From contig JABBAP010000005.1 in NCBI GenBank assembly GCA_018607905.1, forward strand, positions 94,699 through 158,698: DNA of 64,000 nucleotides, written 5' to 3'. Below the pieces are notes generated by a model that searched no databases, was not told the origin of the DNA, and worked only from the letters and a program-made list of their open reading frames with translations. Source of the DNA: Paracoccaceae bacterium. Lineage in GTDB: Bacteria; Pseudomonadota; Alphaproteobacteria; Rhodobacterales; Rhodobacteraceae. Shown here piece by piece: positions 51,227 through 61,794 of this stretch. A program made the translations under genes and the position numbers. The stretch's first letter is position 1. The number at the start of each line of letters is the position of its first letter.

Positions 51227-51910
51227 TTAATACGCGCCAGCGTTATCAACATCAAAGTTATACAGGGTCCGTGCGGACCCATAACGGGTGAATTCGGATG
51301 GGTCGGCATCAATGCCAGCCTCGTCTAACAAGCCTTGCAAAATCTCGATGTGTTCGGCGCGCATCTCTTTCTTTTCGCAATCCGCACCGAGGCTTTTGAC
51401 TGTGCCGCGTACAAAGAAACGTGCCTCGTAGCAGCTGTCGCCCAGCGCCTCGCCTGCATCACCGCAGACAACAAGGTTACCAGATTGACCCATGAATGCG
51501 GCCATGTGGCCGATGCTGCCTTGAACAACGATGTTCACGCCTTTCATGGAAATACCGCAGCGCGATGATGCGTTGCCTTTGACAACAATCAAGCCGCCGT
51601 GGCCCGTTGCGCCCAAATACTGGCTTGCGTCACCTTCGATGATGATTTTTCCAGACATGATGTTTTCACCTGTGCCCGGACCCGCAGAACCATGCACATG
51701 CACAGTCGCTTGTTGGTTCATGCCACCGCAGTAATAGCCAGTGGAGCCTTTGACGTTCACTTCAATCGGGGCATCCAAACCAACGGCAATCGCGTGTGAA
51801 CCCTTTGGGTTTACGATTTCCCAAACCGTTTGGTTTGTGTCTTCGGCTTGTGCGTGAAGGGTTTTGTTAAGTTCGCGCAGACCCTGCGCTTCTAAATCGA
51901 AACTTTGCAT
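51227..51910 (-). CDS. mgsB: N-methylglutamate synthase subunit B (GXGXG domain)
   Basis: 227 aa of repeated GXGXG beta-helix sequence. Confidence 0.8.
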   Translation of the reverse strand: MQSFDLEAQGLRELNKTLHAQAEDTNQTVWEIVNPKGSHAIAVGLDAPIEVNVKGSTGYYCGGMNQQATVHVHGSAGPGTGENIMSGKIIIEGDASQYLGATGHGGLIVVKGNASSRCGISMKGVNIVVQGSIGHMAAFMGQSGNLVVCGDAGEALGDSCYEARFFVRGTVKSLGADCEKKEMRAEHIEILQGLLDEAGIDADPSEFTRYGSARTLYNFDVDNAGAY

Positions 51911-52840
51911 TTAAGCTGCCTTTTCTTGCGCAGATGGGGCCGCGTTGTGGCTCCAGAAATAAACGGTTGCGGGCTCTGGTTCCCAGATGCGGGCGTCTTC
52001 GATGCCAGGCAGATTTACCAAGGCACGATATTCGGACCCGAAGGCAACGTATTGATCCGTTTCGGCCATCACCGCAGGTTTGCAGGCGATTGGGTCGCGA
52101 ACAACACCAAAGCCGTCTTTTGTTCCAACCACAAATGTGAAAAACCCGTCGAGATCATCAAGTGCGCTTTCGAGCGCTTCGCCGAGGGTTGAACCCGTTT
52201 GCATTTTCCATGTCAGGTATGCCGCGCCAACTTCGGTGTCGTTTTCGGTTTCGATGTGAACCCCAAGACGGCGCAATTTACGACGCAGCGAGTTGTGGTT
52301 TGAAAGCGAGCCATTGTGAACGAGGCATTGATCGTCGCCCGTGTTAAACGGGTGCGCGCCCATTGTTGTAACGGCTGATTCAGTTGCCATGCGCGTATGG
52401 CCGATTCCGTGTGAACCACTCATTTGACGAACATCAAAGCGTTCTGCCACATCTTTGGGCAATCCGACCTCTTTGAATATTTCAAGAGATTCACCACGGC
52501 TCATCAAGCGTAACTCAGAATGGTTTTCGGTTAAGAAGGCACGTGCTTCGACCATCTGATCGGCGTTAATTTCAAGCACCGCATGGGTGTCTTTGACATC
52601 CATTTTCACCTTGCCTTGGATGGCACTGCGCAGGGCATTATCCAGTTTGTGAAAGCTCGTTTCAGGCGTATCGGATTGAACCGTAATTTTGGCCTTACCT
52701 TCTGATTCTCCACTATAAATCGCGATGCCAGCACTGTCTGGCCCACGATCTGTCATGGTAATCAGCATATCAGTCAGCATGTCGCCGAGCTTTGGCTCTA
52801 GCGATTTGTCTTTTAGAAAAAGTCCGACGATCCCACACAT
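51911..52840 (-). CDS. mgsA: N-methylglutamate synthase subunit A (class II amidotransferase-like)
   Basis: Ntn-type 'MCGIVGLF' start preceded by AGGAGG. The ORF-track start at 52894 is an extension. Confidence 0.8.
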   Translation of the reverse strand: MCGIVGLFLKDKSLEPKLGDMLTDMLITMTDRGPDSAGIAIYSGESEGKAKITVQSDTPETSFHKLDNALRSAIQGKVKMDVKDTHAVLEINADQMVEARAFLTENHSELRLMSRGESLEIFKEVGLPKDVAERFDVRQMSGSHGIGHTRMATESAVTTMGAHPFNTGDDQCLVHNGSLSNHNSLRRKLRRLGVHIETENDTEVGAAYLTWKMQTGSTLGEALESALDDLDGFFTFVVGTKDGFGVVRDPIACKPAVMAETDQYVAFGSEYRALVNLPGIEDARIWEPEPATVYFWSHNAAPSAQEKAA

Positions 52841-52961
52841 GGCGCAACGTCCTCCTGAAGTGGTGAGTGTTTTCGACTCAAATGCTAACACCAAAAAAAC
52901 CCTGTTTCAACTGACAAGAAACTTTTTTTCATTGTAGGTAAACAATTTTTACGAAGAAAAA

Positions 52962-52994
52962 TGCAAAAAGGGGCGCCGTTTAGGGCGCCCCTTT
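52962..52994 (-). terminator. intrinsic terminator after the amt-small ORF unit
   Basis: Perfect arms AAAGGGGCGCC / GGCGCCCCTTT with a 6-nt loop. TTTTTGCAT follows on the minus strand. Confidence 0.7.
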
Positions 52995-53015
52995 GGGTTT
53001 GTTTGTAAATCGAGC

Positions 53016-53231
53016 TTAGTAGCGTTCTATTGCAGCTTTGGTTCGCTCGGCTGATGCCGTTTTTGCAGCTTCGGCCAATTCCTCAGATTCGCGGCGCGCT
53101 TGGATGACGTGCCATCCGAGCCAGAAAACCACACCGACAATAACCATCGGAACTTCGTATCCTTGAAATGGATAGATTGCGCCAACATCGGCCAAATCTA
53201 CTGCCCAACTGCTATATCCTATTGTAGACAT
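53016..53231 (-). CDS. small single-pass membrane protein coupled to amt (unknown function)
   Basis: 71 aa. A strong RBS TAAGGAG lies 8 nt upstream of the ATG, which is 11 nt after the amt stop. One TM segment 'VPMVIVGVVFWLGWHVI', then a charged helix. Confidence 0.5.
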   Translation of the reverse strand: MSTIGYSSWAVDLADVGAIYPFQGYEVPMVIVGVVFWLGWHVIQARRESEELAEAAKTASAERTKAAIERY

Positions 53232-53242
53232 TTTAGTGCTCC

Positions 53243-54598
53243 TTAAGACTTAACTAGGTTGAGGTTTGCGCGCGTGATTTCCGCGACCGCATCTTCGTAG
53301 GCTTGGTTTTCACCAAAATCGAGACCCTGTAGTTCCACTTCGGCTGGAATGCGAAGCGTACCCATTGAGGCCTGAATTTTGGTCACGACGAAGGCAGGGA
53401 TGAAACCCAACACACCGAACATGATGATAGCACCTACGAGTTGGCCCAGTGGGTTAATCGTAGCGTAGCCTTCGAATGGTGATGATGGTGCGCCCCAAAG
53501 AACGAAGCCTGCAATCACAACACCCATGAAGCCTGCGTAGCCGTGTACTGCGACTGCGCCAACCGCATCATCAATTTTGAACTTCCGCTCAACATAGTAG
53601 TGCAGTTTGTAGGCAAGGACCGGAACAATAGCGCCGATGATCAAAGCCTGCATCGGGTGATACAGATCGTTACCAGCAGATGCGCCTATGATCCCAGCAA
53701 GACCGCCAGAGAACGTCCAGAACGCATCGCCCTTTGAAACGAGATAGGATGCCATCAGGCCGCCAGAGAGTGACAGCAAGAAGTTGAACGTAATCGCGCC
53801 AAGTGACGTTGGTGCCAGGTAGATGTTTGTGGCTGTCCATGTGGTGCCCGTGATTTCGCCACCAATAACTTCTGGTGAGATGAGAGGCACGTTACAGGCG
53901 GCATAAAAGCCCCAGAACCCTGTGTAGATCATGAATATGCCAAGTGTGACCATCCAAGGGTTGTGCGGAGGAATGTCACGCGGTGTGCCATCTTCTGCAA
54001 ATTTACCAAGGCGTGGGCCAAGAACCCAAAGCACACCAAGAGCATAACCACCCGCAATCGCGTGGATAACGCCAGACGCATACGCATCGTGGTAGCCCAG
54101 TTTTTGAACCATCCAACCCGCGTAGTGCCAGCCCCATGCCGCATCAATGATCCACCAAACAGAACCGATAAGAACCGCGTGAACCCAAAGAGCGGAAGAG
54201 CGAATACGCTCGATAACCGAACCAGAAACGATCGAAGCCGCTGTCCATGAGAACAACAAGAAGGCCGCCCAGAACACACCCGTGATGCGATCGCCAAGGT
54301 TTGTCGCCATCGTTTCGGATGTTGGAAGGTTTGCTTGGCCAGCTGCAAAATCAATGCCGCCCATGATCGGAAAGCTTGGGAATGCCCAATAGATCCACCA
54401 GCCGAAGAAGAAGAAGGTTACAGTGACTAATGGAATGATCATCACGTTCTTCATCAATGTATGCAGGTGGTTTTTTCTGCGGCTTGCGCCAACTTCATAC
54501 ATGCAAAACCCAACATGAATTAAGAACATGAAAACCACCGTTACCCAGTAATAAAACTCGGTAAATATGGTGGTTAGTGCGTCAAGATTTCCGTCCAC
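53243..54598 (-). CDS. amt: Amt-family ammonium/methylammonium transporter (start uncertain: GTG 54598 after GGGGAGA, ATG 54673 or TTG 54691)
   Basis: Multi-TM Amt protein with conserved His regions ('AVAVHGYAGFMGV'). Confidence 0.85.
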   Translation of the reverse strand: MDGNLDALTTIFTEFYYWVTVVFMFLIHVGFCMYEVGASRRKNHLHTLMKNVMIIPLVTVTFFFFGWWIYWAFPSFPIMGGIDFAAGQANLPTSETMATNLGDRITGVFWAAFLLFSWTAASIVSGSVIERIRSSALWVHAVLIGSVWWIIDAAWGWHYAGWMVQKLGYHDAYASGVIHAIAGGYALGVLWVLGPRLGKFAEDGTPRDIPPHNPWMVTLGIFMIYTGFWGFYAACNVPLISPEVIGGEITGTTWTATNIYLAPTSLGAITFNFLLSLSGGLMASYLVSKGDAFWTFSGGLAGIIGASAGNDLYHPMQALIIGAIVPVLAYKLHYYVERKFKIDDAVGAVAVHGYAGFMGVVIAGFVLWGAPSSPFEGYATINPLGQLVGAIIMFGVLGFIPAFVVTKIQASMGTLRIPAEVELQGLDFGENQAYEDAVAEITRANLNLVKS

Positions 54599-54704
54599 TT
54601 TCTGTCTCCCCGTGGTTGTTTTTCTTTTTAAGAAAATTTTATTCCGCAAAATAGCGGCAATAATAGACCACATGTCAACTAAAAACTCCAAATTGTCGCA
54701 CCTT

Positions 54705-54748
54705 AGAGTTTTAGTGCTGTTAATAAAGAGTTTTAGTGCTGTTAATAA
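54705..54748. repeat. perfect 2 x 22-bp tandem direct repeat (AGAGTTTTAGTGCTGTTAATAA) in the amt/dmmD divergent region
   Basis: Read directly from the sequence: 54705-54726 is identical to 54727-54748. Confidence 0.95.
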
Positions 54749-54851
54749 ATATTGCCTCTTAGGAAAATAAATTGAATGTCATTCTTGATTTTTGGATCGC
54801 GATGATGCTGAATGCGCGCCAACAAGACTTAAACAAATCAGGGAAAAAATC

Positions 54852-56000
54852 ATGGCTATCATCTGGAGACACTCCGCACTCGCACATCGTCACGCAGCAA
54901 TTGGCGGCGAGTTGGAAGATTGGAACGGCATGGGCACGGCATGGTTTTATGACCATACGCCAGAACGCGCCAAAGCAGATTATGAAGCGATCCGCACCAA
55001 AGCTGGCCTTATGGACGTATCGGGTCTGAAAAAAGTACACCTTGTTGGCCCAGACGCGGCCTACGTGATTGATCGCGTGACAACGCGGAATGTGGAAAAG
55101 ATTGCAGTGGGTCGTTCCACCTACGCATCTATCCTGAATTCCGATGGCAAGTTCATTGATGACTGCATCATCTATCACCTAGCGGTGAACACATGGATGG
55201 TTGTGCACGGTACAGGCACCGGCATGGAGCAACTGACATCTGTTGCAGCGGCGAAAAACGTAGCTGTCATTATGGACGATGATTTGCACGATATGTCTTT
55301 GCAGGGCCCACTGGCTGTGGATTTTCTTGCCAAGCACATCGACGGTATTCGTGATTTGGCCTATTTTGGTATCCTTCACACGAAGCTGTTTGGCAAAAGC
55401 GTTATGATTTCACGTACGGGTTACACTGGCGAACGTGGCTACGAGATTTTCGTCGGCGCGAAAGATGCGGTTCATGTTTGGGACAACATTCTTTCTGATG
55501 GCGAAAGCATTGGCATTCGTCCGTGTCAGTTCTCAACGCTCGATATGCTGCGGATCGAAAGCTATCTGCTGTTTTACCCAGGTGACAATTCCGAAACCTT
55601 CCCATTCGATGACGAGCCATGCGGCGACACCATCTGGGAATTGGGTCTCGAGTTCACGGTGTCTCCTGGCAAAGAAGGCTTCATCGGTGCTGAAAACCAC
55701 TATGCAGCACAAGGCAAAGAGCGTTTCAAAATCTATGGCGTGCAACTGTCCGACAGCATGGCCCAAATGGAAATGCACGCCCGCGTTATGGCTGGCGGCA
55801 AAGACGTTGGTGTTATCACGTATGGTCTGTCATCCGAGCTGAACGGCTATTCCGTAGCGATTGCGCGTCTTGATCCATCTGCGGCGAAAGCAGGGACCAA
55901 GCTGACAGTTGTGCAGCCTGACGGAACCGAGCTGGCAGCAACCGCAGAAGAGATGCCTTTCTACGACAAAGAAAAAGTCATCCGCGCTGCAAAAGGTTGA
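54852..56000 (+). CDS. dmmD: dimethylamine monooxygenase accessory subunit DmmD (GcvT-like THF-binding protein)
   Basis: Aminomethyltransferase fold ('RTGYTGERGYEIF'). ATG 54852 follows AGGGA. Leads dmmABC. Confidence 0.75.
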   Translation: MAIIWRHSALAHRHAAIGGELEDWNGMGTAWFYDHTPERAKADYEAIRTKAGLMDVSGLKKVHLVGPDAAYVIDRVTTRNVEKIAVGRSTYASILNSDGKFIDDCIIYHLAVNTWMVVHGTGTGMEQLTSVAAAKNVAVIMDDDLHDMSLQGPLAVDFLAKHIDGIRDLAYFGILHTKLFGKSVMISRTGYTGERGYEIFVGAKDAVHVWDNILSDGESIGIRPCQFSTLDMLRIESYLLFYPGDNSETFPFDDEPCGDTIWELGLEFTVSPGKEGFIGAENHYAAQGKERFKIYGVQLSDSMAQMEMHARVMAGGKDVGVITYGLSSELNGYSVAIARLDPSAAKAGTKLTVVQPDGTELAATAEEMPFYDKEKVIRAAKG

Positions 56001-56055
56001 TCTAAAATACAGGCGCGGGAGTGATTCCGCGCCTAACTGTCTTGACGAGGACGAT

Positions 56056-56652
56056 ATGTCTAAATTTGAATTTCCACCTTCTATCCGCAGCCGACCCGTT
56101 TACGGGACTTTAGAAGCCCGACCAGGTAAAACCCATTTGATGATCGCTGACGCAGAGGGCGCTGAGGCGATCCTTGCAGTTGCGACGCCTGATTTGATGG
56201 CGGCAACGCATATTATTTATATCCCTAAGGGAACAGACTACGCGGATAAATTGCGCGCTTTGAAGCCTGCACAGTTTTACGAAGGCCCGACCTATGCTGC
56301 GTCTGTCACGCGCATTCAGCGTGTTTTGCAAGACGCGCAGATGGGATTGCAGGTGTATCTTGCCGGGACAGAAGGGTTGATGGGCCAAGCCCAGAACGAA
56401 GCGATGAAAGCTGGCATTCCGCACACGGCAATTCAGACAGAACATCGTGGTTCCATCGCTCGGCGCATGCAGTGCGTGCATTGCAAAGGTATTACTGAAG
56501 ACGTGGAAACCGATCCATTTGTGTGTTCGCACTGTGGGTTGAACCTGTTTGTGCGTGATCACTATTCCCGTCGCTTGGCGGCCTATCAGGGTGTTTGCAT
56601 CGACGCCGAAGACCCTGGAAATGTTCCACCGCAAAAAGGGATTTACGAATGA
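56056..56652 (+). CDS. dmmA: dimethylamine monooxygenase subunit DmmA
   Basis: 198 aa with C-terminal Cys4 'CVHCKG...CSHCG' and a GAGGA RBS. Position between the GcvT-like and reductase genes. Confidence 0.7.
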   Translation: MSKFEFPPSIRSRPVYGTLEARPGKTHLMIADAEGAEAILAVATPDLMAATHIIYIPKGTDYADKLRALKPAQFYEGPTYAASVTRIQRVLQDAQMGLQVYLAGTEGLMGQAQNEAMKAGIPHTAIQTEHRGSIARRMQCVHCKGITEDVETDPFVCSHCGLNLFVRDHYSRRLAAYQGVCIDAEDPGNVPPQKGIYE

Positions 56653-57611
56653 GCGGCGCAGAAAAAATCGCAGTTCGCGTAACCGAAGTGAGCCCGCTGA
56701 ATGAGTTGGTCACGCGGTTCAAATTTGAGCCCGTTGCGGGTGGTTTGTTGCCGACGTTTTCAGGTGGTGCGCACACAGTTGTTGAAATGCGCGACGGTGA
56801 TATCACGCGGATGAATCCGTATTCCCTGATGTCTGATCCGTTCGATCAAACGGCCTATACTATTTCGGTGCGCCGTGATGATGAGGGGCGTGGTGGATCG
56901 CTGTTTATGCATAAGAACATATCTGTTGGCGATGAAATTACGATCTCGAACCCAGTGAACCTGTTCAGTCTTGATCTACGTGCGAAAAAGCATCTGATGA
57001 TCGCTGGCGGTATCGGTATCACGCCGTTCCTTGCGCAAATCAAACAATTGGACCGCGCCCACGGTAACTGGGAGCTGCATTATTCCTGTCGTTCAGAGGC
57101 GTTGGGTTCGTATGTTGATTACCTGACCAACACACACCCCAACGATGTCGAAGTGTATTACGACGACCAGAAACAAGCGATTGATCTGGAAAATCTGCTC
57201 GATGGGCAACCGCTTGGGACGCATATTTATGTGTGTGGCCCAAAAGGAATGATCGACTGGGTGCGCGGCAAAGCGACGGAGTTGGGTTGGCCACGCGAGG
57301 CGATACACTATGAAGAATTCCTTGCGCCACAACCAGGCAAACCGTTTGAGGTGAAACTGGCCGTTTCCAACAAAGTGATCCAAGTGGGCGAACGAGAAAG
57401 CCTGCTAGAAGCGATTGAGCGTGCGGGCGTAGATGCACCGTATCTGTGCCGTGGTGGCGCGTGCGGAATGTGCGAAACATCGGTGATTGATTATTCTGGT
57501 AACTTTATTCATCGCGATCATTGGCTTGAAGAAGACGAGCACGCCTCTGGCAAGAAAATCATGCCTTGCGTATCCCGCTTTGAAGGCAAAACATTAGTAT
57601 TGGACAGATAA
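56649..57611 (+). CDS. dmmB: dimethylamine monooxygenase reductase subunit DmmB (PDR/VanB-type flavin + 2Fe-2S)
   Basis: FNR-like flavin/NAD domains plus a C-terminal 'CRGGACGMCET'. ATGA overlap with dmmA. Confidence 0.75.
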   Translation: MSGAEKIAVRVTEVSPLNELVTRFKFEPVAGGLLPTFSGGAHTVVEMRDGDITRMNPYSLMSDPFDQTAYTISVRRDDEGRGGSLFMHKNISVGDEITISNPVNLFSLDLRAKKHLMIAGGIGITPFLAQIKQLDRAHGNWELHYSCRSEALGSYVDYLTNTHPNDVEVYYDDQKQAIDLENLLDGQPLGTHIYVCGPKGMIDWVRGKATELGWPREAIHYEEFLAPQPGKPFEVKLAVSNKVIQVGERESLLEAIERAGVDAPYLCRGGACGMCETSVIDYSGNFIHRDHWLEEDEHASGKKIMPCVSRFEGKTLVLDR

Positions 57612-57612
57612 A

Positions 57613-58680
57613 ATGACGATACAGTTCAACGACGAAACCTTTCGCGACGATTATTCGTTCCGCAATTCTGAACGCGCGATCAAACGCTTTCCGTTTCCGT
57701 TCGACAAAGACAGCTACATGTATGCGGTCAACATGGAACAGCATCGTGGCGGTCCGTCCGACAGCATCTATGAAAAGCGGTTCGATGTAGACGAGCATTA
57801 CGTGTCTGAGATGCGCGATCGTGCGATGGTGCTGGCGGATGATCCGTTGCGCTGCCAATCGCTGCCGCACATGACGTTGGCTGGCTGGGATTTGTTGGAA
57901 CTGATCATGGTGTCCAAGTCCGAAGATTATCCAGATTTGTTTCAGCTGCACCGCGATGGCGACCAGTGGCATTGGATTAACAAGCCACTTGGCATTGATG
58001 ACAAGTTCACATTCATGGACGAAACCACGCTGCCATACGGGCCAATGGAATACATCACGCGCCAAACGCAGGGTGATTTTTGTGTGCTGGATCAGCGCGA
58101 TGATAACCTGTGGATGGACGCGGGCATGATCACGACGCAAGCTGATTGGTCGCTGGACTTCGACATCGGCATGAACTTTTTCGAATGGCACGCGCCTGTG
58201 CCATTGGCCCATGAAAAAGGGATTTTTGTGCGTGCGTTGAAATTCTTGTTGAACATTCAGCAAGGTGCGCCTGCGCGTCGTTTGAACTGGACCATGACGG
58301 TTAATCCGTTGCTGGATACGTCGCCTGAAAATTACCACAAATGGGGCATCCAAAAGACCGAGCTGACGCCAGAAAACATCGGTTCGAAACAACATCTGCG
58401 GGTGGAATTACAAACCTTCTTCCGTTTGCCACGCTCAAACGGCCTCGTGTTTCCGATCCGCTGCTACCTGTGCAGCTTTCAGGATTTGATGACCTCGCCG
58501 AAATGGGGCCGTCGTTTGCACCGTGTGATCCGCGATTTGCCCGAAGAGCTGGCAACCTACAAAGGCTTTATCGACAACCGCCCGATGATGCTGGATTACC
58601 TGTCAAAGTTCGACGACGGGTTGCCCACATCAAACGGCATCTGGCCAGAGTTTGATACAGAGCCGCCCCTGCAAAAGTAG
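57613..58680 (+). CDS. dmmC: dimethylamine monooxygenase catalytic subunit DmmC (DUF3445 haem-dependent N-demethylase family)
   Basis: 355 aa, starting immediately after dmmB. The family call rests on context and size. Confidence 0.7.
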   Translation: MTIQFNDETFRDDYSFRNSERAIKRFPFPFDKDSYMYAVNMEQHRGGPSDSIYEKRFDVDEHYVSEMRDRAMVLADDPLRCQSLPHMTLAGWDLLELIMVSKSEDYPDLFQLHRDGDQWHWINKPLGIDDKFTFMDETTLPYGPMEYITRQTQGDFCVLDQRDDNLWMDAGMITTQADWSLDFDIGMNFFEWHAPVPLAHEKGIFVRALKFLLNIQQGAPARRLNWTMTVNPLLDTSPENYHKWGIQKTELTPENIGSKQHLRVELQTFFRLPRSNGLVFPIRCYLCSFQDLMTSPKWGRRLHRVIRDLPEELATYKGFIDNRPMMLDYLSKFDDGLPTSNGIWPEFDTEPPLQK

Positions 58681-58699
58681 GTAAAAGTCCGGCAGATTT

Positions 58700-59371
58700 T
58701 TACGTGCTTTGTGGGTAAGAAATGATCGAGAGGTATCGCGCTGGCAATTTGACCAATGCCTCTGGCCCGTGCGGCGCATCTGCGTCAAAGAATAGCGTGT
58801 CGCCAGGTTTCAAAGAGTGAACCTCGTCGCCGTGGCGGTAATCGACCTCGCCTTCCAGAACATAGATCGTTTCAATTCCACCATGTTGGAAGGTGGGAAA
58901 AACATCAGATTCATCTGTTAGCGTGATCAAATAGGGTTCAACGATCACGCCCGAGGCGTTTGATCCAATATGCCCAAGCAGCTGGTATTGGTGGTTCGCG
59001 CGCGTACCTGCTCGCTCGGTTGTTAGGCCTTCACCTGTTTTGGTATGAACGGCTACGCGGCTTTCTTCAAAGCGGCGAAAGAAACTGGTTAGGGGAACAC
59101 TCAGGGCGTCCGATAGGGTTTTTAGTGTGGTCAAAGACGGCGACGTATTGCCGTTTTCGATCTTGGACAGCATGCCAACGGACAATCCGGTGATGTGAGA
59201 AAGCTCTGCCACAGTGATCTTTTGTTGTTTGCGATAGGCACGTACTTCGCGACCGATCGCCACTTCGAGATTTTTCTCCCGATCGCCGTCGCGGGTTCTA
59301 TGGGGGTCTTGAGTAAGCTTAATTGCCTGATCTGTACTCAATTTCTCAATATTCACTGCTTTTTCTTTCAA
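58700..59371 (-). CDS. XRE-family HTH + cupin transcriptional regulator
   Basis: HTH 'ITVAELSHITGLSVGMLSKIENG' and C-terminal cupin 'GEVDYRHGDEVHSLKPGDTLFFDADAPHG'. Confidence 0.8.
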   Translation of the reverse strand: MKEKAVNIEKLSTDQAIKLTQDPHRTRDGDREKNLEVAIGREVRAYRKQQKITVAELSHITGLSVGMLSKIENGNTSPSLTTLKTLSDALSVPLTSFFRRFEESRVAVHTKTGEGLTTERAGTRANHQYQLLGHIGSNASGVIVEPYLITLTDESDVFPTFQHGGIETIYVLEGEVDYRHGDEVHSLKPGDTLFFDADAPHGPEALVKLPARYLSIISYPQST

Positions 59372-59610
59372 TTTGGCTGCAAAACTTAGCCCGAGGTGGA
59401 TTTTCTAGTTACCCAATCATATTCAAAATTTCACTCACAGAATATAAAAATAAACTACAGGTGAAAAATTTTCTGCCAAAAAATATCCCAAAACCACCCT
59501 TGCAGAGAAAAAAACTTGATTGTGAGGAAACTCATGTGACACAATGACCCAAGGAGTCGGAAGTGCTCTGGAGGGAATCACCGAACTCATCTTTGGGTTC
59601 GGTAAATTAA

Positions 59611-60603
<993 letters not shown>

Positions 60604-60625
60604 TCCAAGTCTGAAGACATAATTT

Positions 60626-60663
60626 GAACCCCGTCCGGGCATGCTCGGGCGGGGTTCTTTTTT
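60626..60663 (+). terminator. strong intrinsic terminator/attenuator between tmoX and tmoW
   Basis: 13-bp stem (60626-60638 pairs with 60645-60657, two G-U pairs) and a 6-nt loop, followed by a T6 run. Confidence 0.75.
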
Positions 60664-60765
60664 ACAGTTGGTTTCGAACAAATAGGGGTTTGTTCAAAGT
60701 CAATTTTGACTAAGCTAAACACATAAAATTCGGGCTGCACGTCGGCCTTTGAGGGAGATCATGAA

Positions 60766-61794
60766 ATGACCGAAGCACCCGTCATCACCTGCGAAAATGT
60801 TTGGAAGATTTTTGGGGATAACCCAGAGAAATATTTGCAAAACATGCCAGCAGGTCGGTCGTTCGATGACATTCGCGCGGATGGGTACATCGCGGGTGTG
60901 AAAGACGTTTCTATTGAAGTGAACCGTGGCGAAATGCTGGTGATCATGGGCCTGTCTGGCTCGGGAAAATCCACACTGGTGCGGTGTTTCTCTCGGCTTC
61001 ATGATATCACGGGCGGTAAGATTACTGTTGAAGGGCAGGACATCATGTCCTTGCCAGAAAAAGAGTTGATCGATTTGCGTCGTAACAAAATGGGTATGGT
61101 GTTCCAATCTTTCGGATTGCTGCCGCATCGCACGGTTTTGGAAAACGTCGCCTTCCCTTTGGAAATGCGTGGTCAAGACAAACACACGCGTCGTGAACGT
61201 GCGATGGAAGTGGTGAAACTGGTTGGCCTTGATGGGCGCGAAGATTATTTCCCGCGCGAATTGTCTGGGGGCCAACAGCAACGCGTGGGTATCGCGCGTA
61301 GCCTTGCGATTGAGCCTGATATTTGGTTCTTGGACGAGCCTTTCTCTGCGCTCGACCCGTTGATCCGCCGTGAAATGCAGGATGAATTCTTGCGTCTGCA
61401 AGAGTTGCTAAACAAGACCATCGTTTTCATCACGCACGATTTTGACGAGGCGTTGCGCCTTGCGGATCGTATCGCGATTATGAAAGACGGCGCTGTTGAA
61501 CAATGCGACACACCTGATCAAATTGTCCTGAACCCTGCAACCGAATACGTTGCGAAGTTCACCGAAGAAATCGAAAAATCCCGCGTCGTGCATGCCCGCG
61601 TTTTGGCCAATTTGGTTGATGGTGCAAAACGCCCTGAAGGCGAAGCCGTTCGGGCGGGTGCTACCATACAAAACCTTGCACGTCAGCTTATCAACGAAAC
61701 ACGCGAAGAGCTGCCAGTCGTGACCAGCAAAGGCGAATATCTTGGGGTTTTGAAACGCCAAGAAGCCTTAGACATTTTGTTGGGTGCAGACTAA
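60766..61794 (+). CDS. tmoW: ABC transporter ATPase (TmoW-like, OpuAA/ProV family)
   Basis: Walker A 'GLSGSGKST', signature 'LSGGQQQRV', Walker B 'IWFLDEP' and a C-terminal CBS-like tail. Confidence 0.8.
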   Translation: MTEAPVITCENVWKIFGDNPEKYLQNMPAGRSFDDIRADGYIAGVKDVSIEVNRGEMLVIMGLSGSGKSTLVRCFSRLHDITGGKITVEGQDIMSLPEKELIDLRRNKMGMVFQSFGLLPHRTVLENVAFPLEMRGQDKHTRRERAMEVVKLVGLDGREDYFPRELSGGQQQRVGIARSLAIEPDIWFLDEPFSALDPLIRREMQDEFLRLQELLNKTIVFITHDFDEALRLADRIAIMKDGAVEQCDTPDQIVLNPATEYVAKFTEEIEKSRVVHARVLANLVDGAKRPEGEAVRAGATIQNLARQLINETREELPVVTSKGEYLGVLKRQEALDILLGAD

